The position numbers and the translations under genes were made by a program. A stretch of 27,851 nt of DNA, taken from assembly GCA_019322855.1 (NCBI GenBank), contig JAHWIA010000001.1:1-27851 (forward strand). Direction: 5' to 3'. The stretch's first letter is position 1. Every line of letters starts with the position of its first letter. Under the pieces are notes generated by a model. That model made no database searches. It worked only from the letters and a program-made list of their open reading frames with translations, and had not been told where the DNA came from. This DNA comes from Candidatus Woesearchaeota archaeon (GTDB taxonomy: Archaea; Nanobdellota; Nanobdellia; Woesearchaeales; WJKV01). Of the stretch, positions 1 through 12,000 are shown piece by piece.

Positions 1-2
1 TT

Positions 3-3000
3 CCTACTGGAAGAAGTGTTGTAGACATAAAACTTAATAGTAAAATAACAGGATTGACAATCTTGACTCCTGCAGGCAAAGCTGTCTATTTAGATGAAGC
101 TCCTGAGGCTGATTCAAACAAGATAGATAAAATTGGCATGGGTGCCATAACATCAAACGCTATAATAGAACTAACTCCAGAAGTTGTTACACAGAGCAAT
201 ATACTATATCATCTAGGAGTCCATTATCCTGGCCAAGTAGTCAGGCCTGAGGAAGAAGAATTTAGGCCAGAGATCACAGAACCAAAACCAGTGACGCCTG
301 GAGAGATTGGAGATGCATTAGCAGAAGATTTCGAAGATGCAGGGGATGATTGGTATGACGATTACGGCGAATATCCTGAACTAGAAGAACCTATTCCAGA
401 TTACTTGCCTTCTGGCCCTCCAATAGTTCCAGGAGGAGAACCAGTTACAGTCACAACAATAGGTGCGTTTGGGCAGGAAGTCACGACAACGTATCAGACA
501 GAAATGATAGACGGTTTGCCTGTAATCACAGTCACGACTGAGACGACTGACCAGAACGGAGATCCTTATACTACAAAGACAATTACTTCTTATGATGAAG
601 ACGGCAACCCCACAATTGAAAAAGAATATACGCAGATTGTTGAAGGAGTGCCTCAAACAACTTCTGTCTCACAGTCAAGCGAGACAACTTATGGGCCTGA
701 TGGCGAGCGTATCATAGAAGATACCACTGTCACAATAGGTCCTGATGGAAAAGAAAGAATAAGCACGACAAAACAGACAATAATAGAAGGTGTCGGTCCT
801 GACGGACAAGAAATGAAAAAGACCATCTATGAGACTACTGATCCCGAAGGTAAGCAAACAACACAGGAAGTTGTAGAAGAGACGACAGAGCCTGAAGAAG
901 GAGTTGTGTTGACTAAAAAGTATACTACATATACTGATGAAGAAGGTGAAGAACAGAAGACTTATTCTGAAGCAAGAACAACAGAAACAACTGACGAGAA
1001 CGGCAATCCTGTAAAAACAACAATTGAGACTACTATATTGCCAGATGGAACAGAACAAGTAGTAACTACAGTTGTCTCTATCGGAGAGGATGGAGAAGAA
1101 GTCACGACAGTATCTGGCGGTCCTTATGGTGATGGTGTTACAATGACTGGCGGTGCGTCATTGCCTCCTGACGTCCTTGAGCAAATTATAGTTGAAGGCG
1201 GCGGCGGTGCAGTGCAGTATGAAAAGAGCGCTGTTGCTGGTGTTGTTGACACGCCTATAGAAGAAGTTGAAGAAGAAGAACCAACATTTGTCAATGAAGG
1301 AATGTGGATGTTATACAAGAAAGGAGAAGAAGGTACTGAAGCGAGTGTGCAACGATTCCAATATCCTTTCAATCCTAAAGAAGTCGGAGATGCAAAAGCA
1401 TTCATCATACAGCCTCCTCCTTCTCCAACAGAGCAGGCAGGTTGTGTTGAAGGAATGGGTGCTATGCAGCAGCAAGCTGCAGGCAGTAAGTTCGAGATGA
1501 TGGGCGCATCTATAGTTGACATCACTGGAATGCAGGCCGGATTTAAAGAAGAAGTAAATAAGTTGATAGAAACAACAGGTACTGCCGGAGGTTGCGGAGG
1601 TTCTGAAGAATTGTCAAGCGCACAGAAAACATTGGGCGGTGACATGGCTGGCTGTGCCAGCGGCAGTTTGCCGATGGGAGAAGGCGCAGAGATATTGAAA
1701 TCGAATGTTAAAGGTTTCACACCTAAGTCCGGAGGTTCGTCGTCTGCAGGAAGCACAACAGCTCCTTCTATGAGCAAGATGACAGGAGCAGCTATTGTAC
1801 CAGTTGAAGGATTGGAAACAATATTGCCATTGCCTCTTGAGTTTGAAAAACCAGTAAGTCCGATAGAAGGTGTTGAAGATCCTGATGAAATCCTGGAGAT
1901 AATTACTGGAATGGCTGATGAAGAAGCTCCTATGTCCCAACGGACACCGGCACAAATGGCAGAAGCTCGTAAGAAAGCACTAAAAGAAGCAGAAGAGAAA
2001 AAGAAGGCAGAAGAAAAGGAATTTGGTGCAAAATGTGTTCCAACTGCTGATAAAGACAGCAAGCAGAAAGCACAGAACAAAAAAGAAGAGAATGCGAAGA
2101 AGGAAACGCCTGACAAGACTGCTTATAATAAGAACAATGACGAGAACAGAAGGATATTGAAAGGAATTCTTGGTCTGGAAGGAAGCGGGCCTTCTGTAAA
2201 AGACTTGATGAAGCAGGCGATTGAAGCTAAGTTTAGTGGAGATCATTGGTATCTTTCTGGTGAAGGGGAGGATGAGACAGAAGAAGAGAAGATGAGGGAA
2301 AAGTATGACGCTGCGAAAAAGCATATTAGGGGAGAAGGAGGAACCGAAAGCACTTTGATGTTCAAGGCGTTCAGATTATTTGAAAAAGCAACAAAGAAAC
2401 AGTTGAAATACTATACAGAGGCTGGAGATATTAGCTGCCAAGAACCTATTGATCCTAGTGAAATAACTGATTTGGAAAATTATCTTAAAGAATATGAAGA
2501 ATTATACAATAAAATAAATGAACGCGGTATTGAGATAAGCCAATTGAGAGGCAGTTGCTCTGAAGGAAAGATTAACAGCGTTATGTTCGAAGATGAAATG
2601 ACTGCATCCTTTGCAAGCGAAGATGTGTCTAGGGCAAAAGAAACCGCTGAGCGATTGAAAGGTACAATAGGGCAGGCAGAGGAGCCAAGCGCAGAAAGTC
2701 TCGCAAATGACAGAACCAATCTGATGTGGGCGTTCGCTTACATTGCATATGGTTGTGCAATGATTGTCTATTCTGATGCATTTTACGCAAACGTGCGTAT
2801 CGACGATATGAACTGTTATACACACAGCGAGATTTTCGATAAGAAATACTTGGATTATTGGATAGATAAGTTCTCAGAAGAACGAAACATGTTTTGTTAC
2901 AGTATAGAGAAAAAGCCTGAACTAGCTGTCGAAGAATATTCAAGAGTCAAAGAACCAAAAAATGGAAATTCCATAGGTGGCCTGGAATGGAAATACCAAC

Positions 3001-6000
3001 CTCCTGAAGCAGGAACTGGTTGTTGGGAAATGTTTGACCTTGCAGAGTATGATTATAAAGAAGAAGGGAAGTCTGGTTGTCAGGACTGTTGGACAGAAGC
3101 AGACGCTCCAGAAGAACAATATGTTTTTCATCCATTGTTCTGTAATGATTTTGAAGAACCAGAAGATAATGATGGTACTAAGGAAACAGATCCTGTCCCT
3201 CCTACAGATGTACCTCCAACTACTGATGAGGCTGCAGATTCTGCAAAAGGTGGTGCTGGTCCTGCTGGTGGTCTTGGAGATTCTTTAGCTGGCGGGCCTG
3301 TTGATTTCGATTTAGGAGATCTTGATGAAGATAGGATAATATTTTTCCCTGGCGTCTCTCCTGAACCCGGCATATTCTCTTTGCAATTACACGGCACAGT
3401 CGATGTTGGCTTTGGTAAAGCAAAACCTACTAGGGAATATCTGCCTCACACTGATGTGGTTCCTAAAACTGAACCTCCTGCACCGCCTCCTCCTCCACCT
3501 GATAAAAGGCTTGATGATAATAAAAGAGAACAGACAAATATCGAGAATGAAAATGGAGTGAAAACTGACAAGAAGACAGGTTCAAGCAGAGGTAAGTTCA
3601 GCGGTACTACTTTCGCAGACGACAGGAGAGGAATAGGTAAACTCACAGATTCTGAAAGCTTTGAGAAAGGAGTCATTGATGCAGAGAAGGCTGCGCTGGA
3701 AAAACTGAGAGAAGCATTGTTTGATGAAATCGAATCAGAATTTGGCAGAGATGTTGAGATGCTCGACGGTGCATGGCAAATATTAGGTAAATTCGGAGAT
3801 CCTGAAGATATTCTTGCAGAAAGGAAACGGAAAGCTAAAGAGGAATTGGGTAAGAAAGAAGAAGAAGCAGAACAAAAAATTGCAGATAGAAAAGAGGCTT
3901 ATAAAAAGCAAGGCTTTGATGTTGATGAATTAGAAAATAAGAAAAAGGCAGGAATCGTATTGACAGAAGAAGAAGAGAGAGTTCTGAAAGAGTTTGTTGG
4001 ATTCAGAGGTAATTTGTACAAAGCTGGTAGTGAAGTTGATCAAGCCAAACAAAAAGTTGCAACTTTGGCAAAAGCTGAAAATAATTTCGAGGAGTTCAAG
4101 AAAAATGATGTTGTTAGGAAAGCAGAGACATTGGGCAGGGCATTTGAAAGATTCAAAGGAACTGCATTGGAAGGGAGCCGGTTGGTATTCAAGGATGGAA
4201 GTTGGCAAGTCGAACAAAAAGGAAAAGAGCAAGTCTCTTTGGAAAAGTTTTTGTCAGAGAACCAGGCAGCCTTAGAAAAAGCATTGAGAGATGAGTTTGG
4301 ACAAAATGCAGAAGAGTTATCCAGACAATTGTTTGGAGAACGGAAAAAGAAGGAGTGGATGAATGGTAATGAAGGCAAGGCTGTAAGAGCAGAGATTGAA
4401 AAAGCATTATCAGATAGAGATGCTACTGCTAATGCAGAATTGTGGGGGGTAGATGAAAAAGGAAACCCTCGAAACTATTTCCAAGCTTCACAGGCAGCTG
4501 CAGGTGATAGTGGTAAGTCCAGGGAACTTAGAGCGATCTTAAATGGAGCAATAGAAGAAGCTCTTGATAAGAAAGGTGAAGAGAAGAAGGCAAAATTTGA
4601 AGCTGACTTTAAGTATGATCCTAAAAAACACACTGCAGAAGAGTATGCTTCTGAAATGATCAAGAGCTTTTTGGATTCTGATGCTCAAAAGAAGTTCAGA
4701 GAATCTGTCGGTGCTGTTCAGACCGGAGATCATGGAGTGGCTTTGCGGTTTGAGAATGGGGAATGGCAGATGGCTGAACGCCAGAAGATTAATGAATTCC
4801 TGAGAGAGCAGGGAGACAACGGTTCAGGATTCATGACCAGGTTTGATGCAAACAGCGAAGAATTGAGAGAAATATACAATGAAGAGTATAAGTTCTATTA
4901 TGGTGATGAAGGTGTTGTCACAAAGAGAGTGAATGCATTGCAGGCAGAGATTGAAGCGTCTGCAGCAGAACTAGAAGCTTTGAGAAAGAAAGCAGATGCT
5001 TATAGAGAAGGTGCACAGAGAGATTTAGAAGATTATCAAGCCAATCTGGAAGCTATGAAAAAGAAAAATGAGGAAAGAAGAAAAAAGATCGAAGAGTGGG
5101 AGAAGAAAGAAAAGGCGCTGCAGCAAGAGATAGATAAAATGAGCGCTAAAGGTCATTCTTATGGAAATGAAGCACAAATCGAAAAGAAGAGAAGAGAATT
5201 AGAAAATGCAAGGACTGAGAGACAATATTTAGAGCGGGAAATAAGAATCAATCAAGACAATGCACAAGAATATTTCAGAAAGATACAAGAAGAGCACAGG
5301 CCGTATTTCGAGCTCAAGGAAAGATTAAGGCAGGCAGAACTTGCGCATAATCAAAAAGCTTCCTTATTGAGGGCTTCTCAATTTGATATACGGATAAGAG
5401 AGATGAGGATTGAGAGTCTGGATGCTAAAATCGCATCTATTGATAATGATGTAATCAATGTGGCGAATGCGCAGATTAAGAAAATATTAGACGAAGCCAA
5501 GAAAAGAGAATTATCAGATGAACAAAAGAAGAAGCTGGTAGAATTAGAGAAAAAAATAGAAGAGCACAGGAGATTGCTTGAAGAGTCAGAAGCTTCAGAG
5601 AGAAAGAAAGAGCCAACTGATGAAGATAAGGAGAGATTAGTAGAAGTACAAAAGAAAATTGAAGAAGGAAAAGATGAGTATGAAAGAGTAAGAAGAGAGA
5701 TGGACAAACTGTATCTGGATGAAGATGAAAGAGAAGTAGTAGATCATCTGGAAAAAAGAGTTGGTGAGGCACAAGAACAAAAAGCAGAACTGCAAGCAAA
5801 CAAGAAGAAATTGGAAGATGCAGGCGATATGCGTGTTGTAGAGGATTTCCAGATTGATCCAGAAACAGGAGAGATAATGGAGAAATATGCTCACATATTT
5901 GATTTTGCAAAAGAGGCAGAGAACATAGTAGGAAGGATTGAAGCAAATGCAAAGGCAGAGAAAAGGGAACTTACTGCTGATGAGAAGGACAGAATTGCTA

Positions 6001-9000
6001 AACTAAAGAGTTTCGATCCTGAGAAATTTGATCCGACTGTAATAAATGAGATCTTGTTAGATATGGGAGTTACAGTCACTGTAGAGAATTTCCAGACCTT
6101 CACAGACATTGCAGGAAACACGCACGCAGTAAGGATAGATTTGAAGACTGGCGAGATAAGAGACCTTCACGATCCTAAAAAGATTTACGGGCAGCTGAAT
6201 GCTGCAGAAGCTGATTTCTATAGAGATCTTAAGATAGAAGAGTTTGGAGTCAAAATAGAACAGGAAGAGGCAAAACTAAAGGCAGATATTGCAAAATTAG
6301 AAGACGATCTTGGACTTGGTCCTGTCAAGAAAAAACTTGATGATTTAAATTCCCAGTTAAAACAATTAGAAGCTAGAAAGAAGTCCTGGGAAGATGCGGC
6401 TCGTTTCGTAGATTTTGCAGAAGTTGAACTCGAAGTTAAAGAAGATGCATTTAAAAAATGGCAGAGTGAGATGTCCACAGAATGCGGATTCAGCGCAATA
6501 ACAAGCTTAGCTATAATTGACATTACTGGAAGCGCTGTTATGTGTCCTCCGTCTCAAGCAGATTACGAAGCAGAAAGAGTCAGGATGCAGATGGAGATAG
6601 AGGAAATGAGAGGACAGCAGTTTGAAGCGCAGAGAGCAGCACAGTACTTGGCAACAGAAGGAGAAACTCTGAGAGCTACTATTGAAGACTTACACTCTCA
6701 GATTGAAAAACAAGAGGGATTATATGCTTTATTCAGAGATGATGATCCGCTAGAAGTAAGATTAAAGAAAGCAGAACTGAAAAAGAAACGCGCAAGACTG
6801 GCAACCATAACATTGTCCAATCCTCAGGCCATAAGAAGGCATTTCAGACCGCAGTTTGAACGTATCGATGAATTGCAGATGCAGAATGAAGAGTTGTTGG
6901 CAGATGTATTAAGAATAAGGGCTCTACTCAATATATATGAAGTTGGCGAGATCCCTTCTGGATATGGTGCTGATGCTGAAAGTTATTATTATCATAGGGA
7001 CGAGGATGGAAATTACTGGCTGAAAGATGAGCAAGGCAATGTCCTTAATATTGAAGTCACTGTGACAAGGACCAAAGACAAGATTATTGTCAAGCCTAAA
7101 GACGAGTCTTATGAAAAGAAGAAGAAAGAACTGCAACAGGAGCTTCTGAGAAAGTCAAAATTATTGAATGAAAACAGGCAAGAACTGCAAACACTAAATT
7201 CTGAAGTTACTAGAGGAAGAAATGAAGAACTGCAGGAAGCGATCGATGCTTTGATGGCTGCAGGTGAATTAAGTGATGAACTTAAAGCGATGGTGGATCA
7301 GCAGCAAGACTTGTTAGATAAGATTGCATCTCTTGAAGGAGAAGCATTGGTTCTAGAATCTGAACTGGAGCAAAGAGTTGAAGAATTGGCAGTTGAATTG
7401 ACTGAGAGAGAGGCTGTAGACAGAAAATTAAAAGCATTGGAAAAAGAATTGAGTGATAAGGAGCAAGCATTGAAGAATGCAAGAACTCCTGAGCAGAAAA
7501 AAAGGTTGTTGGATGAGTTGAGTCTTTTGGACAAGGAGCTTGCTTATTATACAAGAGTGAAAGAAGGATATGCTGAACCTCAGAATTATGATAAAGAAAG
7601 AGAAGATCTTAGGAAAAAGAAAGAAGAGCTTGCACAATTAAGAGAGAATCTTGAAAATCTCAACAAATCAATGTTCGACAGGCTTTTCGGAGAGAATGCA
7701 GTTAGAAATAATACTAATCAACTGGTACAGGCGCAAGAAGGTATTTTGAGAGCGCAATTAGATGCAGGAGAGATAACTTACGAGGAATTTACTGAAAAGC
7801 TGAACAAGTTCAAGGAAGATACAAACAAGGAATTTGAGAGTCAAAAAGAGCATGACATAAAAGATCTGGCAGAAGCACAGAAAAAGATTGCAGAATCTGT
7901 CCAGAAAGAAAAAGAAAGATTAGAGCGTGAAAGGAATAAAGCATTCTATGAGCAATTAAAGAAAGATATGGAAGGCTATGCCAAGGACAGTGATAATGTC
8001 ATACTAAGCATGGATCCTGACACTGGTGCAGTCAGGATGGGCAGGGTACTCAAGAGAGGACAGGAAGCGCAGTTAAAGCAAAAATATGCAGTGTTACTTT
8101 CACAGCTAGAGAACAATAGGCACAGGTTATCCCAAGACCAGATTAAAGAGATGGAAAGACATAGGGGAGAGATACTCAACTTGTTTGCCCAGACAAACCA
8201 GCATACTGTGCATCAGGGAGCGGGTTATCTTACAGAAGCAGATTTCGCTAGGCTTGAAGGTTCTGGAAAGAGACTTGCGCGAGATATTGAGCAGATAAAT
8301 TCTGAAATTATCGCATTGAAGAGGAAGATTGAAGAATACCAGAAAGAAGCAGCTGAAAATCCAGAAAAGAAATCATTCTGGGAGAGCAAGATCAAATCAT
8401 TACAAAACTCTATTGCAAACAGGCACGAAGACATGCAGGAAAAGACAGAAGCACTTGCGAGAATAGAGATTGCGCAGAGAGTTGCGTTTGCTTGGGCAGG
8501 AGATACACCTGCAGAAGACGCAGCAAATTATCTCTTGACCCAGAGAGAATACTTCAGGAACCAGGAAAAGACAGGATTCACACAAGGCTGGCTTGATGCT
8601 CTTGAAACAGTTATACAATCCGGCGGATTTGAAAAGATTGTAGAAGATACTATAAAAGAAAATATGAGGGCTATTGCTCTTACAAGCAGGAACATGGAAC
8701 TAGATCCTGAAACAATCACATCTGAAAATCTTGAGACTGCGATTAATGCGATAGAAAGCAATGCACAATTTAATACTGATGACAGTCTTTCAGCAGCTTA
8801 TGGTTCTGCTCTTGGTTTCTCGAGCAATCTTGAAGCTTTGCTAGAAAATCCTGACGTGTCCGGCGCAGCCAGGAATGAGATAAGGTCCAGGCTTGCGCAG
8901 CTTGAAGGCATGATGGGAGAGTATCAGCAGGAAATAAAAGACAAATATGAAAGAATGATTGACGATGCGAGTCTAGAACAGCAGTTATTGATAGAGACCA

Positions 9001-12000
9001 ACAAGGGAATGGCGCAAGCTGCGATGCATAATTACTTCTGTTCAACACAATCCATACCTGAGAACTGCAAGACAGGTTCTGTGATTAATGCTGTGAATTC
9101 TGCAGAAGATCTCAGGACAAGGATCATGAGGATGATGAATGGAAATGATTTCGATCTGTATAGCGACGGTTCTATAGAGATGAAGGATCCAAAACTAAGA
9201 AGGCAGATGCAGGAATTAAAAAGAGAAATGAGAAGGCACGAGGGTTGGATACGATATTTCGAATTGCAGAGATCCAAAGAGGATGTTAATTATGCGCGAG
9301 AAGCATTCAATAATTACAATTCTGAATACGCAAGAGCAGAAAGACCGATTGTCACAGGAGACACAATAGATAAGAAGCACGAAAGTGCAGCACAGGGCAT
9401 ATACCAGCAGATGATGGACAGGGTAAGAAGAAGCATTGCACAAGAAGTATGCAAGCATGAGATGGGAAGAAATTATGACGCAGAAAAATGCATGAATAAT
9501 TTCAGAGTAAGAGAAACAACAAGATTGATAGATGAGATGCGCAGAGGATGGGCAGTGCAGATGAAAGACCATCAGCAGGCATACTATGGTATGGGTCCGC
9601 ATGTAGTGGGCTGGGCTCATGGATTGATAGCAGGCTATGCAGACGAAGATGAATATGAAATCGGCAAGGCAGGAATTGAATATTACAAAAGAAAAATTAA
9701 ACAATTGCAGAATGAAAAGGCAAGAAGAATCCAAAATCAGCACGATAAGACAATTTCAAAGGATATCTTGGCTAGGAGAGAAGCTAATATGTATAGATCT
9801 ACTGCAGAATATCTGCAAACAATGTTGCTCTTGGCAAACAGAGATAAGTCTGGTTATCTTGCAATGCCAATGGACAATTGGGAAGATCTGAAAAATATGA
9901 TTTATAGTACAGGAGCAGAGGGCATCTATAATACTTTACTTGGCGGTTATGATGATGAAAAGAAAGTTTTCAGGATGAAAGAAGAAGAGTTCCGAATCCT
10001 AATAGATACACTGTATAAATTAGCAGAAATGCAGGAGCAGGCAATTGCATTGTATGAAAAGGATCTTCAAGCAGAGATTGCAGGATTAGAAGCAGAAATT
10101 ATTGCGATAATGAAATCAGACAAACCAGACTATGTCAAACAGGCAGAGATACAAGCAATCCTGGCTAAGATAGCTGAACTGCAGAGCAAGTTCTATGAAA
10201 GGGTTGTCACAACTGCAACAGAAAGCGCACAGGAAGGATTGACAGGAAAAGAGATACTGATTGCGTCTCAATATGGAATTCTCAAGATTACAGGAGGAAC
10301 ATATCTGGGAATGAAGATCGGAAGATTAGATGCTGGCACATTGACAAGAATCGATTGGGACAATTTGAATATGGACAGTATACTTAAAGGATTTGAGAAG
10401 AGCTGGACAATCCTTGGCATCGAACTTGATTCTATCTTAAATCTTGGAACATTACTCGAGATAGCAGTCATCATGATCACTGCGAATATTGCAGGAGGAT
10501 TTGCAGCTGCTGCTAGAGGTATAGCATCTGGCTATGGAATACTTATGAGAACATTTGCATCAAGGGCAATAGGATTTGCAGTAGAGACTATTGTGTTCAG
10601 TGCAGGAATGAGAACGTGGGGCGCTGTGAAAGGAGATGAGCAGAAATGGACTGTAGGTGCTATATTGAGTGACCTGGGACATACTGCACTGACTTTGGGC
10701 AGTTTGAAAATATTGTCAGGTGCCTCGCACAATCTGATCGGCAAGATGACAACCGCTCTTCGTTCAAGAGGCACTCATTGGTTGGTAGAAGGTGTTGCTC
10801 GCTCTGGAGCCAAGGTTGCAGCATTTGCAGCAGAAGTCGAATTGTTTATAGAATTTGAAAGAGCGACAGCCTGGATCAGCGGGCATGAGTTTAATTTTGA
10901 AGAAGCTCTTACCAAGAACTTGGTCTTTATCACAGGAATGAAGGCAGGCGGCCTCTTGCAGATGAGAATTCATTCTGCACTTGGTGTTGAAGGTGTGAAG
11001 AGCAGAGGAGAGTTAGAAGGCAGGAGAAACGAATTAAAAATTGAGGTTGAAAAGAAGAGGTTTGAAACAGAAAAGATATTGAGAGGAAAGGATGCAAAAG
11101 GAAAAGAGAGGCCTGTAACTGCAGAGCAGGCAAAAAAGATCTTTGAGAGCGGAAAGATAACAAGGGAGACACTTAAGGAATTAACAGGAAATGACTATAC
11201 AAGCCGTGAGGTAAGGAACATTAACAAGCAGATAAGGAATGTGCCAGAACTGCAGAGTAATTTAGCAAGGGCACAACGGAAATTAGAAATACACGATAAG
11301 GGTAAGGAACAGGAGTTCGAAAAGAACAGAGAGGATTTGAGAAGGAAGGAAAAATTACTAGAAGATCTAGAATTTGAGTACGAACTTACAAAAGCAAAAT
11401 TAGAAGGAGAATTCGACGAGTTTCTGGGAAAGCAAGATACGATAGCTCTAAAAGAAAGACTCAAGACATTAAGGGAGAGACGTATCAAGGCTGAAAATGA
11501 TGTGAAAAAAGCAAAGACTGTTGCTGAGAGATCTGAACTTGAATTTGACCTTGTAACTAAACAGCAAAAGACAGAGAGATTATTAGAAGAATCAACCAAA
11601 GATGGAAAGAGAGCAACAACAGAAGATTCTATTGAGATTAATAAAGCGCAATTGGGTGAGGTTGATGCCAAATTAAGATTATTAGAGCATAGAAGAAATA
11701 GAGGCGAAATAACAGAGAAAGAATACAGTGCCCAGAAAAAAGCTCTTGAATTACAAAGAACCAGAGTTGAGTTTGAATATTATACAAGAGAACAATTGAG
11801 GATTGAGGAGGATATCAGAAATCTTGTTGACGGTGAAAGAAAGGCAGAATCTTTGGAAGAGATGATAGAGAATAGGAAAAAGGCATTGGAAGCAAGAAGA
11901 AAGAGACTAGAGCTGAAGCAAGAGGTTGACAAGAACATCAAAGACGAAGATATTCTAGAATTAAAGAGAGCAGAGGATGCATTAGAGAAATTAAAGATAG

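Noticed and set aside
138..140. ATG at 138 as the start codon
   Set aside because: The frame is open and protein-like from base 3, no convincing ribosome-binding site precedes 138, and no signal peptide follows it. The start is more likely upstream of the window, though 138 cannot be formally excluded.
1259..1281. (GAA)n-like runs here and elsewhere, and CCT runs near 3474-3500, as DNA repeats or a CRISPR array
   Set aside because: They encode poly-Glu and poly-Pro in frame. I saw no regularly spaced identical repeats with spacers.
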